Assembly (NCBI RefSeq): GCF_028641065.1
Contig: NC_073391.1
Location: forward strand, 34,906,001 to 34,970,000
Source of the DNA: Leucoraja erinacea
Lineage: Eukaryota
Length of the DNA stretch: 64,000 nucleotides
Reading direction: 5' to 3'
How positions within the stretch are numbered: position 1 is the first letter of the stretch; the number at the start of each line of letters is the position of its first letter. Of the stretch, positions 50,721-62,615 are shown piece after piece. Under the pieces are notes generated by a model. That model was given only the letters and a program-made list of their open reading frames with translations. It made no database searches and was not told the origin of the DNA. The position numbers and the translations under genes were made by a program.

Positions 50721-53220
50721 AATATCTAAATCTATCCATGTAACAGTCCAAATGTCTTTTAAATGTCTACAAAGTATTGGGGTAACTCGGCGGGTCGGGC
50801 ACCATCTCTGGAAACATGAATAGGTGATGTTTCGGGTTGGGATCCTTCTTCAGACTGAAAAAGGGTCCCAACCTGAAACATGATCTGTGAAAGAAGGAAC
50901 TGCAGATTATTCCTTGGAGTGCAGGAGGATGAGGTGTGAACTTATAGAGGCCTATAAAATCATGAGAGGAATACATAGGGTGAATGCACAGAGTCTCTTG
51001 CCTGGAGTAAGGGAATCAACAACCATATTTATATGCCAAATTCAACTAATCTCTTCTGCTTGCACATCATCCATATCCGCCTGCTCTAACATTTCTGTGG
51101 GGTAAGGTGGAGAGGGTAGGGGTCATGAAGAAATACAGCATGGAAACAGGCCCTTCAGCCCAACAAATCCACGCTGACCATTACACTAGAGTTGTCCCAT
51201 TTTAAAAATTCTCCCCACTTTCTTATCAACTCGCATCTCATTCCATTTAAAATTCCATTTGCCATCGCCCGCCGGGGGCTTTGACTCTGACATCGGGAGG
51301 AGAATGAGGAGTGCAAGGGAGAGATAAGACTTTGCCTTCCATCACAGTGAGGAGGAGATTCACTGTGATGGATGTTTGTGTAAATTGTGTTGTGTCTTGG
51401 TTCTTTTTCTTGTGTATATGACTGCAGAAACCAAATTCCGTTTGAACCTCAATGAGGTTCAAATGACAACAAATAAATCGTATTGTATTGTATCATGTAC
51501 TTCACTTTTCTACGAAAATAAATTGGCATGTTTTCCTATATTACGCTCTGTAATCTCTGGAACTCTCTGCCACAGAGGGTAGTCGAGGCCAGTTCATTGG
51601 CTATATTTAAGAGGGAGTTAGATGTGGCCCTTGTGGCTAAGGGGATCAGAGAGTATGGAGAGAAGGCAGGTACTGGATACTGAGTTGGATGATCAGCCAT
51701 GATCATATTGAATGGCGGTGCAGGCTCGAAGGGCCAAATGGCCTAATCCTGCACCTAATTTCTATGTTTCTATGTTTCTATTAGCTATTTCCTTATCCAT
51801 TCACTTGGCACACGTACAACCACGTGAAATCACTCTGCACCCTGCTTACCATCGTATTGTCACTCAGCGCGTCACACTCAGCAAACTTGGCTGAGTTACA
51901 CATTCCAATCGGGACGCTAACAACCTCTTCATACCACCACCTCTTTGGAGGGGAGATCGTGTTATCCCATGTCTGGTGATTGGCCCTGCATCTCATCCTG
52001 TCTGGTTATCATTTGACTAGTGTCTTGATCTACTTGCTCTGTGCCTGCCCCAAGTTTAAGGTGTTGCACTTTGGGAGGTTGAAGTTGTAAGTGAATTGTA
52101 AGTGGGGTAAGTGAATTGTAGTATACAATTAATAGCAAGACACTTAACCGCATTGATGTTCAGCGGGATCTTGGGGCCCAATCACATAGCTCCTTGAAAG
52201 TGGCAACACAAGTAGATAGAGTGGTGAACAAGGCATGTGGTATGTTTGTCATCATCAGTTGGGGCATTGAATTTAGGAGTTAGTAAGTTATGTTGCAGTT
52301 TTAATTTGGTTTGGTCGCATGTGGAGTTGTTGCGTATAGTTCTGGTTGCCCCATTACAGGAAGGATGTGCAGGATTTGGAAAGAGTGCAGAAGAGGTTTA
52401 GACACAAAGTGATGGAGTAACTCAGGGGGCAGACAGCATCTCTAGAGAAAAGGAATAGGTGAGACCCTTCTTCAGACTCACCCCAGGGTCTGAAGAAGGT
52501 TCTCAACCTGAAACGTCACCCATTCCTTTTCTCCAGCGATGCTGCCTGACCCGCTGAGTTACTCCAGCTTTTTGTGTCTACCTTCGGTGTAAACCAGCAC
52601 CAGAATCTTGCTTGGATTAGATGGTATTGGCTATAAGGAGATGTGGAGAAAATTGGAATATTTTCTCCTGGTGGTTGATGGGAGATCTGATAGAGGTATA
52701 AAATCATTAGGTGCACAGGATCCAGCACCTTTATCCCTAGGTGGAAAATTTCAATGACCTAGCGTTGAGGTGATGTGGAGAAAGTTTAAATTAGATGGAC
52801 ACTTGAAACACACTACCAATGGTGGTGTGGAGTTAGATGCGATAATGATGTTTAAATGACTTTTAGATAAGCACATGGATATGCAGGGAGTGGAGGGATA
52901 TGGATCACGTGCAGGCAGAGAGGATTAGTTTAATTTGGCATCATGCCAGGCATGGACATTGTGGGCTGAAGGGCCTGCCCCTGTGCTGTACTGTTCAATG
53001 CCAAAGCCTGTTTGGCCCATATCTAGGCCTGTTTCCATTCTGGCTGCCCCTTTAGTAAGTGTTCAGCTCGTTGCTGACCCTGGGCAGGGCCTTGCCCTCT
53101 CCCACCCAGGCTTGCCTCTTGGCCGGCGTGCCTGGGCCTCCCTCTGCCTTCCCCACCCCGCAGCCCATGTGTCTGGGCCGGCCCTCACCTTGCTTTCTCT
53201 CTCCGCAGGTCTAGGCCGAC

Positions 53221-54780
53221 ATGCCAGCTGGACTGGTCACCGTCTGGCTGCTGGCGAGTGCCCTGCTGAGCGAGCCCCCGCCACAGTGCCAGGGCCCGGG
53301 GAGGATGGAGGAGCGGGCAGCCCAGCTGCAGGCACAGATGCGGCGGTTGGAGCGGGAGCTAGCGGAGGCGGCGATGGCTTCTGGCAAGGATCAACAGGAG
53401 GAGGAGGAAGAGAAGGAGGAGAGGGGGGACTGGAGGCGGTGGAGCGCACTGCCTCTGGCTGGCCTACTGTTGCTCCTGCTAGTACTGTGGGCCTGTCCCC
53501 GGGCTGTGAGGCTGGCGGGTGGAGTGGGGAGCGTCCCACATGTACCCCCGGCCCCACTGCCCGACCCCCAGGCTCTGGCCTGCTTCTACGAGCGCAGCGT
53601 GAGGCTTCCGGCTGACGAGGTGTCCAGGATCCGTGAGCTGGTGGAGGGCTTTGCTGATGACCTGCTGGAGGCCGTGCGGAGTGTGTGTGACCGGGAGCTC
53701 GACATGGAGCTGGAGGAGAGCATTGGCGTCGGCAGCCTGTACGAGAACTGGCGGCTGGACAGGCCGCTGGCTTGTGACCTACTGGTGCCCTTCAGCCCGC
53801 CTGAACCTTACCGCTTCCAGGCCGACCTCCTGCCTCCGGCCAGCCACAGGCCCGAGTGCCGGGCTTATGGGACTATCCGAGTGCTAGGCCCGGGACCCGG
53901 CGCCTGCCTGTGCGGGGACACACAGCAGGCCCGGGACATGCTGTGTCTGGTGCATGGCCAGCAAGGGCTGGTCTGCTGCCCTGACCTGTTGTGGGCCCCC
54001 ACCGCACCCTTCCTGTCATGGAGCTCGGTCATGCGCTGGTTCCAGGCCACCCTGACCAAGGCCTGGGCCCGCATCTCCCACAAGTACGACTTTGAGCTGT
54101 GCTTCCAGGATCTGGAGTGCCCAGGATCCCTTCGGATCCGATTCCGCCCAGGCAGGACCGTGCTCTTCCACCTCTGCCCGGTCGTGCAGTTCGATGGCTC
54201 CGACATGTACCTGATCCCAGGTCAAGGCCTACCCAGACCCGAGTGGGATACAAGCCGGGGCCTACTCGGGCCTGACCAGGACACAGCCTGGGTCCTCAGC
54301 TCTGCCGTCTACGAGAAGCGTTTCCTGGCCTGGGCAGCCAAGCGGTTACCCTCTGGCCCATGCCACCTGGCCTGCCTGCAGGTCGCCGCCTTCCTGCACC
54401 AGAAGCAGTGCCGGCTGAGTGGGCCGAGCGGCCTGTGCCACTACCACCTGAAGACAGCCCTGCTGCACCTGCTAGCCCGCCTGCCCCCAGAGGCCTGGCA
54501 CCGCTCCTGCTTGCGGGCCCGGCTCCACGACCTGCTGGCCTTCCTGCAGCGAGCCGTTCAGAGTGGCCGCCTCGACCACTTCATCCTGGGTAGCAGGCCG
54601 GCCCTGCCCGAGCTAGGCATCCCGGCCTGCCTGCGTTCAGCCCAGCCTCCCAACCTACTGGCGGGGCTGGTTGCCCACAGCCAGCTGTTGTGCCGGGCTC
54701 TGTACACGTTGGCAGAGATGCGGAGGAACGCGGCAGCCCTGGTCCGTGAGTATGGCCCGCACGACCCCCAGGTCCCCTGA
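53221..54780 (+). CDS. ITPRIP: Inositol 1,4,5-trisphosphate receptor-interacting protein (Mab-21 family), 519 aa, single coding exon
   Basis: Signal peptide, coiled coil, hydrophobic segment, then FYER..RELVEGF.DDLLEA.RS.C, IGV.S.YENW..DRPL.C, PPEPYRF, DMLCL.HG, HKYDF.L, YHLKTALLHLL. Acceptor ccgcag| at 53208; AATAAA near 55118. Confidence 0.95.
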   Translation: MPAGLVTVWLLASALLSEPPPQCQGPGRMEERAAQLQAQMRRLERELAEAAMASGKDQQEEEEEKEERGDWRRWSALPLAGLLLLLLVLWACPRAVRLAGGVGSVPHVPPAPLPDPQALACFYERSVRLPADEVSRIRELVEGFADDLLEAVRSVCDRELDMELEESIGVGSLYENWRLDRPLACDLLVPFSPPEPYRFQADLLPPASHRPECRAYGTIRVLGPGPGACLCGDTQQARDMLCLVHGQQGLVCCPDLLWAPTAPFLSWSSVMRWFQATLTKAWARISHKYDFELCFQDLECPGSLRIRFRPGRTVLFHLCPVVQFDGSDMYLIPGQGLPRPEWDTSRGLLGPDQDTAWVLSSAVYEKRFLAWAAKRLPSGPCHLACLQVAAFLHQKQCRLSGPSGLCHYHLKTALLHLLARLPPEAWHRSCLRARLHDLLAFLQRAVQSGRLDHFILGSRPALPELGIPACLRSAQPPNLLAGLVAHSQLLCRALYTLAEMRRNAAALVREYGPHDPQVP

Positions 54781-57592
54781 GTCACCAGCTAGGCCACCTG
54801 GGTAGGCTGGGGCCTCCTCTCACAGTCTGGACTGGGAGCAGGAGTAGGCCATTCAGCCTCTCGAGTTGCCGGCCTTCTACCTCAGCACTATCCCTGTGCC
54901 TCCTCCCTGTGGGGCCTGGGACCAGATAATCCACTCTGACCGAGGATCATTGCCCACTGCCCATCACTGACCAATCCCTTCGGACACCGGCCTTGGGGAG
55001 TCTGGCCAATGCAGGGTGCAGGCCGGCCAGCACCTTCTGGGGTCTGCAGCTGTGGCCAATCCAGATTTTCAAACAGAATCTATTTTGTATTAAATGCACA
55101 TTTTATTATTCAATAAGAATAAATGTCACTACTGATCTGATCCAATTCTCACCGTGCAAAATAAGTGTGAATATGAATAAGGTTAGTGCAAACAGATATG
55201 GATCGATATGGGCCAAACACATAGAAGAGGCCTTCATCGTATGTGTGGAACAGTTGGGCCAGAGGCCCTGTTTCTGACCTATACAATTATATTTGAGAGA
55301 CCAGGAAATAATAGAGATTGTAACAATTTCCAAAGGCAAAAGTTAGTACATTTTAACTGGGGAGAGATCGGAAGATTATGTTCAAAAAGACCTTGAACAC
55401 AAATTAAGCAAGCAATCCAGCAAGTTCAATGTTGGGTTTTATTGGAAGCAAATTTGAGTACAAAGAATAAAACAGTTTCGTATGACTTTGCTGAGACTAC
55501 ATATGTAGCACTATAAAGTCACATGACATGGAGACACCCCCTTCGGCCCAACTTGTCCATGCCGACCAAGATACCACATCTAAGCTTGTTCCATTTGCTT
55601 GCATTTGGCCCGTACCCCTCTAAACCTTTCCTATCCATGTACCTGTCCAAATGTCTTTTAAATGTTGTTATTGTACCTTTCTCAACTACCTCCTCCGGCA
55701 GCTCGTTCCATATTCCCTTCACCCTTTGTGTGGAAAATGTTGCCCCTTAGGTTTCTATTAAATCTCTTCCCTCTCGCTGTAAATCTATGCTCTTTAGTTC
55801 TTGATTCACCCTACCGTGGGAAAAATACTGCATTCATTCTATCTATTCCCTTCATGATTTTATACACCCCTATAAGATCACCCCTCGACCTTCTGCGCTC
55901 CAAGGAATAAAGTCTCACCCTGCCCAACCTTTTCCTGTAGCTCGGCCTCTCAAGTCTTGACAGCTATTTTTTGCTAATTGTATAAACACTTAACCTGACC
56001 CTGAGTGATGACTTTTTCACTCCACTATTAAGAGGAGAGGTTGAACACCACAACCAAGAGGGATACAATGTGGTGAACTGTGGAACTAGTGAAACAAGGG
56101 GTGGCAGATTGCAACCTTCACGTGGTCCGCCCTGTTTCAACGAATGCAATCCTGGCGTGCACAATCAGATAAAATCAAATAGAACAAGTTGTCCTACAAC
56201 TTTAGGCTGTGCACGCCATATGCAAATAGAAGTGAATCAACTAGGGTGTAGAAAGGGGGATGGGGAGGGATGGGAGGGCGGGGAAAGAGTGTTAGTAGAA
56301 GTTACTTAAAATTAGAAAATTCAATGTTCTCACCGCTGGGTTGCAAGCTACCCATGCAAAATGAGGTGCTGTTCCTCCAATTTGTGTCTGGCCTCACTCT
56401 GGCAATGGAGGTGGTCCAGGAGAGCAAGGTCAGTGTGGGTGGGCACAAAAAGCTGGAGTAACTCAGCGGGACAAGCAGCATCTCTGGAGAGAAGGAATGG
56501 ATGACGTTTCATGTCAAGACCCTTCGTCAGGTCAGCTTGGGAATGGGAATGGGAGTTGAAATGGTTCACGACAGGGAGATCCGGTAGGCCTCTGTGGTCT
56601 GGGTGTATGTGTTGAGTGAAACGGCCACTGACTACTTTTGGAAATGGGCCTCAAATATCGGTCGAGTGGAGAAACGAAGCGTAGTTACACAAAGCAGCGT
56701 AAACAAACATCCTCCTTTGGACCGGCTCAGCGGCACAGAGGAATGTGGTTATTTTCAAACTCTAACAGGAAGGAGTTTAGATTACATTAACCAATGGATC
56801 CGCTGGGTATATATAGCCTACAGGTCTAGTGCACACAAGCAGCCAAAATAAACCCATTCAGAATACATTTACTAATTTAACAGCCAATTGGAGAGGGAAC
56901 TTTTTAATCTCAGTTCCTTTCTCAGTTGAGTACAAGAATCAGGAAGTCATGTTGCAGTTTTATACAGATTTGGTTAGACTGCTTTTGGAGTATTGTGTGC
57001 AGTTCGAGTGTTCCTATTACAGGGAGGTTGGGAGAGAGCATCGAAGAGTATCACGGACACCATTGACCAAAGGCTAGTTCCTGTAATCTTCTATGAAATG
57101 AATTGAAATTTATTTGCCCCTTTCCTCAACTTTGTGGAACTATTATGTTTTAGCATACAAAACAATGGGTGGCACAGTAGTGCAGCACGTACACAGCACC
57201 AGAGACTCTTGTTCAATCCTGACCTCAGGTGCTATCTGTGTGGAAGTTGCATGTTCTCTCTGTGACATGGGTCTCCTCTGGGCTCTCCGGTTTCCTCCCA
57301 CATCTCAAAGACGTGTGGGTTTGTAGGTTTATTGGCCCTCTGTAAATTGCCCCTAGTGTGTTGGGAGTGGGTGAGAAAGTGGGACAACGTAGAACTAGTG
57401 TGAATGGGGTGATCGATGGTTGGCTTGGACTCGATAGGCCAAAGGGTCTGTTTCATTTAAACTAAAACCTCAGAACACGTGACAATAATAAACCTAAACC
57501 TACACCTGATCACTCCCATCAATATAACCCCTGAAAGGACGGACCTGGCCAGCCAGCTAGACGGGCAATCCGTACGGGCCCACAGCCCTTGG

Positions 57593-57737
57593 TCAGTCAC
57601 AGGCCTCGGGTTTACGCTGCATGTACAGCTCAAAGAAGCGTTTGTAGGCATGGTTGTCATTGATCGTGGCTTTGACGGCAGCATCTTTCAGCATAGCAAG
57701 GGTCCAGGTCTTGAGGGCAGGGCTGTCATCCAGGAAA
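57593..57737 (-). CDS. GSTO1: Glutathione S-transferase omega, last exon (FLDDSPALKTW...KPEACD*)
   Basis: cgccag| acceptor, phase-compatible; P.LK.W..AM..D..V and PEACD motifs. GSTO1 versus GSTO2 orthology not resolved. Confidence 0.88.
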
Positions 57738-59282
57738 CTGGCGGACAGGAGAGAGAGAGAGTTTAGGTTAATTTATTATTTTAGTTCATTATTGTCACGT
57801 GTACAGAGGTACCGTGAAAAGCACTTTTTCTTTGTTCAATCAGCAAACATACAATACATAATTGCAATCAAGCCGTCTACAGTATACAGATACAGGATAC
57901 ACAATGGCACAGTGGTAGGTTTGCAGTCTCACAGCGCCAGAGACCCGGGTTCAATCCGGTTTACGGATGCTGTCTGTGCGGCGTTTGTACGTTCTCCTTG
58001 TGATCGTGCGAGTTTTCTCCAAGTCCCCTTTTTCTGCCCACATTCAAGACGTACAGGATTGTTGGTTAATTGGCCTATGGAAATTATAAATTGTCCCTAG
58101 TGTGTAGGATAGTGCTAGTGTACGGGGTGGTTGGCAAGGACTCATTGGAACACAAAGCCTGTTTCTGCGCTGTATCTCTAAAGCCTAGAGTAAAGTCTGA
58201 AGTCAAAAGGGTAAAGGGTAAAACATTTAGTGCAAGGTAAAGTCCGATTAAAGATAGCCTGAGGGTCTCTAATGAGGTAGATGGGAGGTCAGGAGTGCTC
58301 TCTAGTTGGTGAGACGACAGTTCAGTAGCCTGATAACCGCCATGATAAAACTGTCAGTGAGAGATGGTGACTACATGAAGACAACCCCACTCCATCAGCC
58401 GATGGGCCACCCGTTACTAGTTACTGACGTAGGAGCCATAGACAACCTGTTGGTGGAATGCAGGGGGTTGAGCGGCATCTGCGGGGGTGGGGAGGGATGG
58501 ATTAAGTATCATTTGGGGCGAAACCTTAAATTAGGATTTCTCGTGAACATTCCTGGCGAGTGAGGAACTGGCCTGGTTTATTCCCTGGCCCGTGCTGACC
58601 TGCAGGGAGCCACTTGTTGCACCATTTCAGAGGGCAAGTGAGTCAACCAAACTTAAACGTAAAGCATCCATGTCAGTGGGTCTAGCTGGGCAAGGTACAG
58701 AGCAGACAGGGCAAATACAGAACAAGACAGCAGATATGGGGCAGGCAGAGCAGATAGGCAGATACAGGCCAGGCAGATACAGGACAGGCAGATACAGACC
58801 AGATAGACACAAGACTTGAAGGACAGGTACAGGGTAGACCAGTCAATACTCCTGAAACGCATTAATGAAGCAGGTGGGATTTTACATTAAAGGAATACAG
58901 AGTATTGGGAGTAACCGAGTGGGTCAGGTAGCAACTCTGGAGAACATGGATAGGTGATGTTTCTGGACTGGACCCTTCTTCAGAATGAGTTTTTACATAA
59001 CTTTTTTTTTCATTCCAGAGGGTGGGATGAGTTTGGAACATCATTCCTAATCAGTTCAGACACAATGGGTCAAATCACAAAGTGCTGGAGTAACATCTGT
59101 GCAGGGAATTGGACAGACAACCAGGTTTGAAGAATGGTTCCAACTAGAAGAATCGTCTGTCCATTCCTTCCACAGATGTTGCTTGACCCGCTGAGTTCCT
59201 CCAGCACCGTGTTTATCTCAGGGTTGAAGTTCCTGGGTTGTGTGCACGTTTACATTGTCCATGACCTGGGGATACTACTCAC

Positions 59283-59389
59283 TTGGTCAATGAGAAGGCG
59301 TCTAGCCGTTCGAACCAGGGCCACAGCATGTAGTCGGTCATGGTCACCGAGTCACCGCCAAAGAACTGAGTCTTCGCACCGGCCAGATG
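59283..59389 (-). CDS. GSTO1: GST omega internal exon (HLAGAKTQFFGGDSVTMTDYMLWPWFERL)
   Basis: 107 nt, AG/GT flanks; FFGG..DY..WPWFERL. Confidence 0.93.
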
Positions 59390-59789
59390 CTGCAACCAGA
59401 TAGAGATCAGTGTGGCGCTCCCGAGATCGCGCGTGCACGCTGCCGGTCACGGACAGGCGCGTCCCCACCTGCCTGCACGTGCACGTGCACGGAGAGGCGC
59501 GCCCACGATCATCGCGCTACGGGACCGCGCGTGTACTGACTGTCGGTCACGGGCACGCGCGTACCCGAGACAGCGCGCGCACAGGTGGTCGGTCACGGAG
59601 AGACGCCCTCCCGCGGATTGCGCGTTCACGGGAAGTAGAGCCAGTCATAAACGCGGCGCGGAGGGCGCGCACGGGGCCGCGCGTGCACGGGCTTTGGATA
59701 CTTTAGGATGCGCGCGCTCCGGGGGGAACCGCGACTGTCGGTGTCGCGCCGCGCGCTCCCTGCGACTGTGCGTGCACGAGCAGCCGACG

Positions 59790-60505
59790 TGGTACTGAGG
59801 GAGCGCCGCACTGTGGGAGGGGCGGTACTGAGGGAGCGCCGCACTGTGGGAGGGGCGGTACTGAGGGAGCGCCGCACTGTGGGAGGGGCGGTAGTGAGGG
59901 AGCGCCGCACTGTGGGAGGGGGGGCGGTACTGAGGGAGCGCCGCACTGTGGGGGGGCGGTAGTGAGGGAGCGCCGCACGGGGGGGGGGCGGTAGTGAGGG
60001 ACGGGCACTGTGGGAGGGGGGGCTTACTGAGGGAGCGCCGCACTGCTCCGGGGGGCGGTAGTGAGGGAGCGCCGCTGTGTGAGGGGGCGCCGGGAGCGCC
60101 GCAGCGCTCCCTGCGACACTGTGGGGGGGGGCGGTACTGAGGGAGCGCCGCACTGTGGGGGGGCGGTAGTGAGGGAGCGCCGCACTGTGTGGGGGGGGTA
60201 GTAGTGAGGGAGCGCCGCACTGTGGGGGGGGGGGGAGGGAGCGCCGCTCTGTGGGAGGGGCGGTAGTGAGTGAGGGAGCGCCGCACTGTGGGGGGGGCGG
60301 GACTGAGGGAGCGCCGCTCTGTGGGAGGGGCGGTACTGAGGGAGCGCCGCACTGTGGGAGGGGCGGTACTGAGGGAGCGCCGCTCTGTGGGAGGGGCGGT
60401 AGTGAGGGAGCGCCGCTCTGTGGGGAGGGGGCGGTAGTGAGGGAGCGCCGCACTGTGGGAGGGGCGGTACTGAGGGAGCGCCGCTCTGTGAGAGGGACAG
60501 TACTG
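59790..60505. repeat. G-rich minisatellite (~34-bp unit GGCGGTACTGAGGGAGCGCCGCACTGTGGGAGGG)
   Basis: About 20 direct tandem copies. Confidence 0.95.
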
Positions 60506-60623
60506 TAGTGTCGTTGCCCTGGGGCGAGGACATCCCATTAGAATTTCCCCGCAGCCCTTCAGCATCCCAACACATATTCCCCGGATCCTGGTCCCAGGAT
60601 ACACTGACTCTCCCTTCATTCAC

Positions 60624-60725
60624 CTGTTCAAAGTAGCCGAGCTTTGACTGGAACTCCTCTTCCAGTTTGGACGTGTCTTCTGATGCCTTTCTGGCCATGG
60701 AAATCTTGAAAATGCAACCAATCAC
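60624..60725 (-). CDS. GSTO1: GST omega internal exon (VIGCIFKISMARKASEDTSKLEEEFQSKLGYFEQ)
   Basis: 102 nt, caacag| and |GTGAAT, phase 0/0, bridges the flanking exons. Confidence 0.85.
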
Positions 60726-62392
60726 CTGTTGACAGAGGTGGAGAGCAGCGTTTAGGATGAATGCACTCGGTCGAACCTCTACAGATGTGCGGTGTGGAGC
60801 GCATTGACCAGTTGTATAATGGCCTGGTTCGGTAACTCGATCACCCAGGAACGAAGGGGATTAAGAGTGATGGACACTGCCCGGTCCATCACAGGTACTG
60901 AACTCCCCACCATCGCACGGTTCTACAGGAGACACTGCCTCAAAAGAGCAGCCAGCATTATAAGTGGCCCACACCGTGAAAACCCTGACCCCCAGGTTCA
61001 GGAATAGCTGCTTCCCAGCAACCATCAGGCTCTTTAGTTTAGTTGAGAGATATAGCACGGAAACGGGCCCTTCGGCCATGTCGTGGACCACCAGGTAAAT
61101 GTTTACAATGTTCAATTTTATTTTTAATATGTTTTATTATTTATTTATTTTTATTTTTATTTTTCATTTTTAATGATTTTTTTAATGATACTGCCTGTAA
61201 GGGGAATTCATTTCGTTGTCTCAAATTGAGACAATGACAATAAATTTGAATACAATACAATACAATACAACCTACAAACCTGCACGACTTTGGAGTGTGG
61301 GAGTAAACCGAAGAGAGTGTGGGAGGAAACCGAAGATCTCGGAGGAAACCCACGCAGGTCACGGGGGGAACGCACAAACTCCGTACAGACAGCACCCGTA
61401 GTCGGGAGCGAACCCGGGTCTCCAGCAACTCTGCCGCAGCGCCACCGTGAACACAGCACAACACTGACCTCAGCAACTGGGATATTTTACGGACTGTGTC
61501 TTTGGTTGCACTATGACTTCAGTTTTGCAATATTATAGTTTCTGTTAATATTGTGATTACTTATAGTATTTATGTTAATAATTGTTTAGTATTTTTGATT
61601 GCAAAGTAATTTCTGTGTGTTATTATATTAACTGTAAGTAATTTTGTGGAAGGATCCCCACCCAAAACATAACCTGTTTATGTTCTCCTGGAAAGCTGCC
61701 TGACCCGTCGAGTTACTTTGGCACTATGTGGTTTGTTAAGAATCTCATTTGTCCTTTAGCCAGCATGCATGACACAGCTATAAGGAGAGAGGGTCAAAGT
61801 TTAAAGGAGAGGTGCAGGCAACTTTTTTTACACAGAAGCGATGGGTGCCTGGAATGCTCTGCCAGGCACCCATCTGAGAGGCTTTTGAATAGGCAGATTG
61901 ATTTACAGGGAATGGAGGGCTATGGGTTATGTGCTAGTAGGTAAGAGATGGTCTTGGTATTATGTTTGGCATGAACATTGTGGGCCGAAGGGCCTTTCTT
62001 GTGCTGTACTGTTTGTTCTATGGCTATGACAAGGTAAACATGGGTGGCACAGTGAAGCAGCGATAGAGTTGCTGCCGCACTGCATCAGATACCCAGGTTC
62101 GATCCTCATTATGGGTGCTGTTGGTGTGGAGTTTGTAGGTTCTCCCCGTAACGCATGGGTTTCCTTCACAAAGTGCATGTGAAAGTGGGATAACACAGAA
62201 CTGGTGTGAATGGGTGATCGCTGGTGGGCCTAGACTTGGTAGATTGAATGGCCTGTTTCCATGCTGTTCCTTTTAATTCTTGACTGTTGCAACATTGTAC
62301 TCGGCGTCATATACCTATGCCCCTCCCCCCCCCCCCTCCCTCTGATTCCATCCTCTACCGGCCACCTATAAACATGTCTCCTGGTGCGGTAC

Positions 62393-62615
62393 CTTGCTGA
62401 AATGTTCCCACAGCATCTTCTGCCTGGCCTTCTCGTAAGGGTCGGCGAGGAGCAGTCGTCTCTTGGGATAACTCTCATCCAAAAACTCACAGGCGATGGG
62501 AGACTCGTAGATCAGCTGGTTGCTGGACGTCTCCAACACTGGCACCAGGCCCAGGGGGTTCTTTTCAAAGAACCAGTCGGGCTTGTCCAGCAGATTGACG
62601 TTGATGGTTTCGTAC
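62393..62615 (-). CDS. GSTO1: GST omega internal exon ([30 protein letters not shown]...); earlier exons lie beyond the window
   Basis: 223 nt, AG/GT flanks; diagnostic omega-class motifs ([24 protein letters not shown]). Confidence 0.95.

Noticed and set aside
52935-53615. 226-aa ORF overlapping the ITPRIP start
   Set aside because: Alternative-frame ORF in GC-rich sequence; it begins in a repeat remnant and crosses the splice acceptor.
57593-57595. Selenocysteine reading of the GSTO TGA
   Set aside because: Not at a catalytic Cys position, and no SECIS could be recognised downstream.
59626-60619. Long proline-rich ORFs and a CRISPR-like look
   Set aside because: Head-to-tail minisatellite with no unique spacers or cas genes, in eukaryotic DNA.
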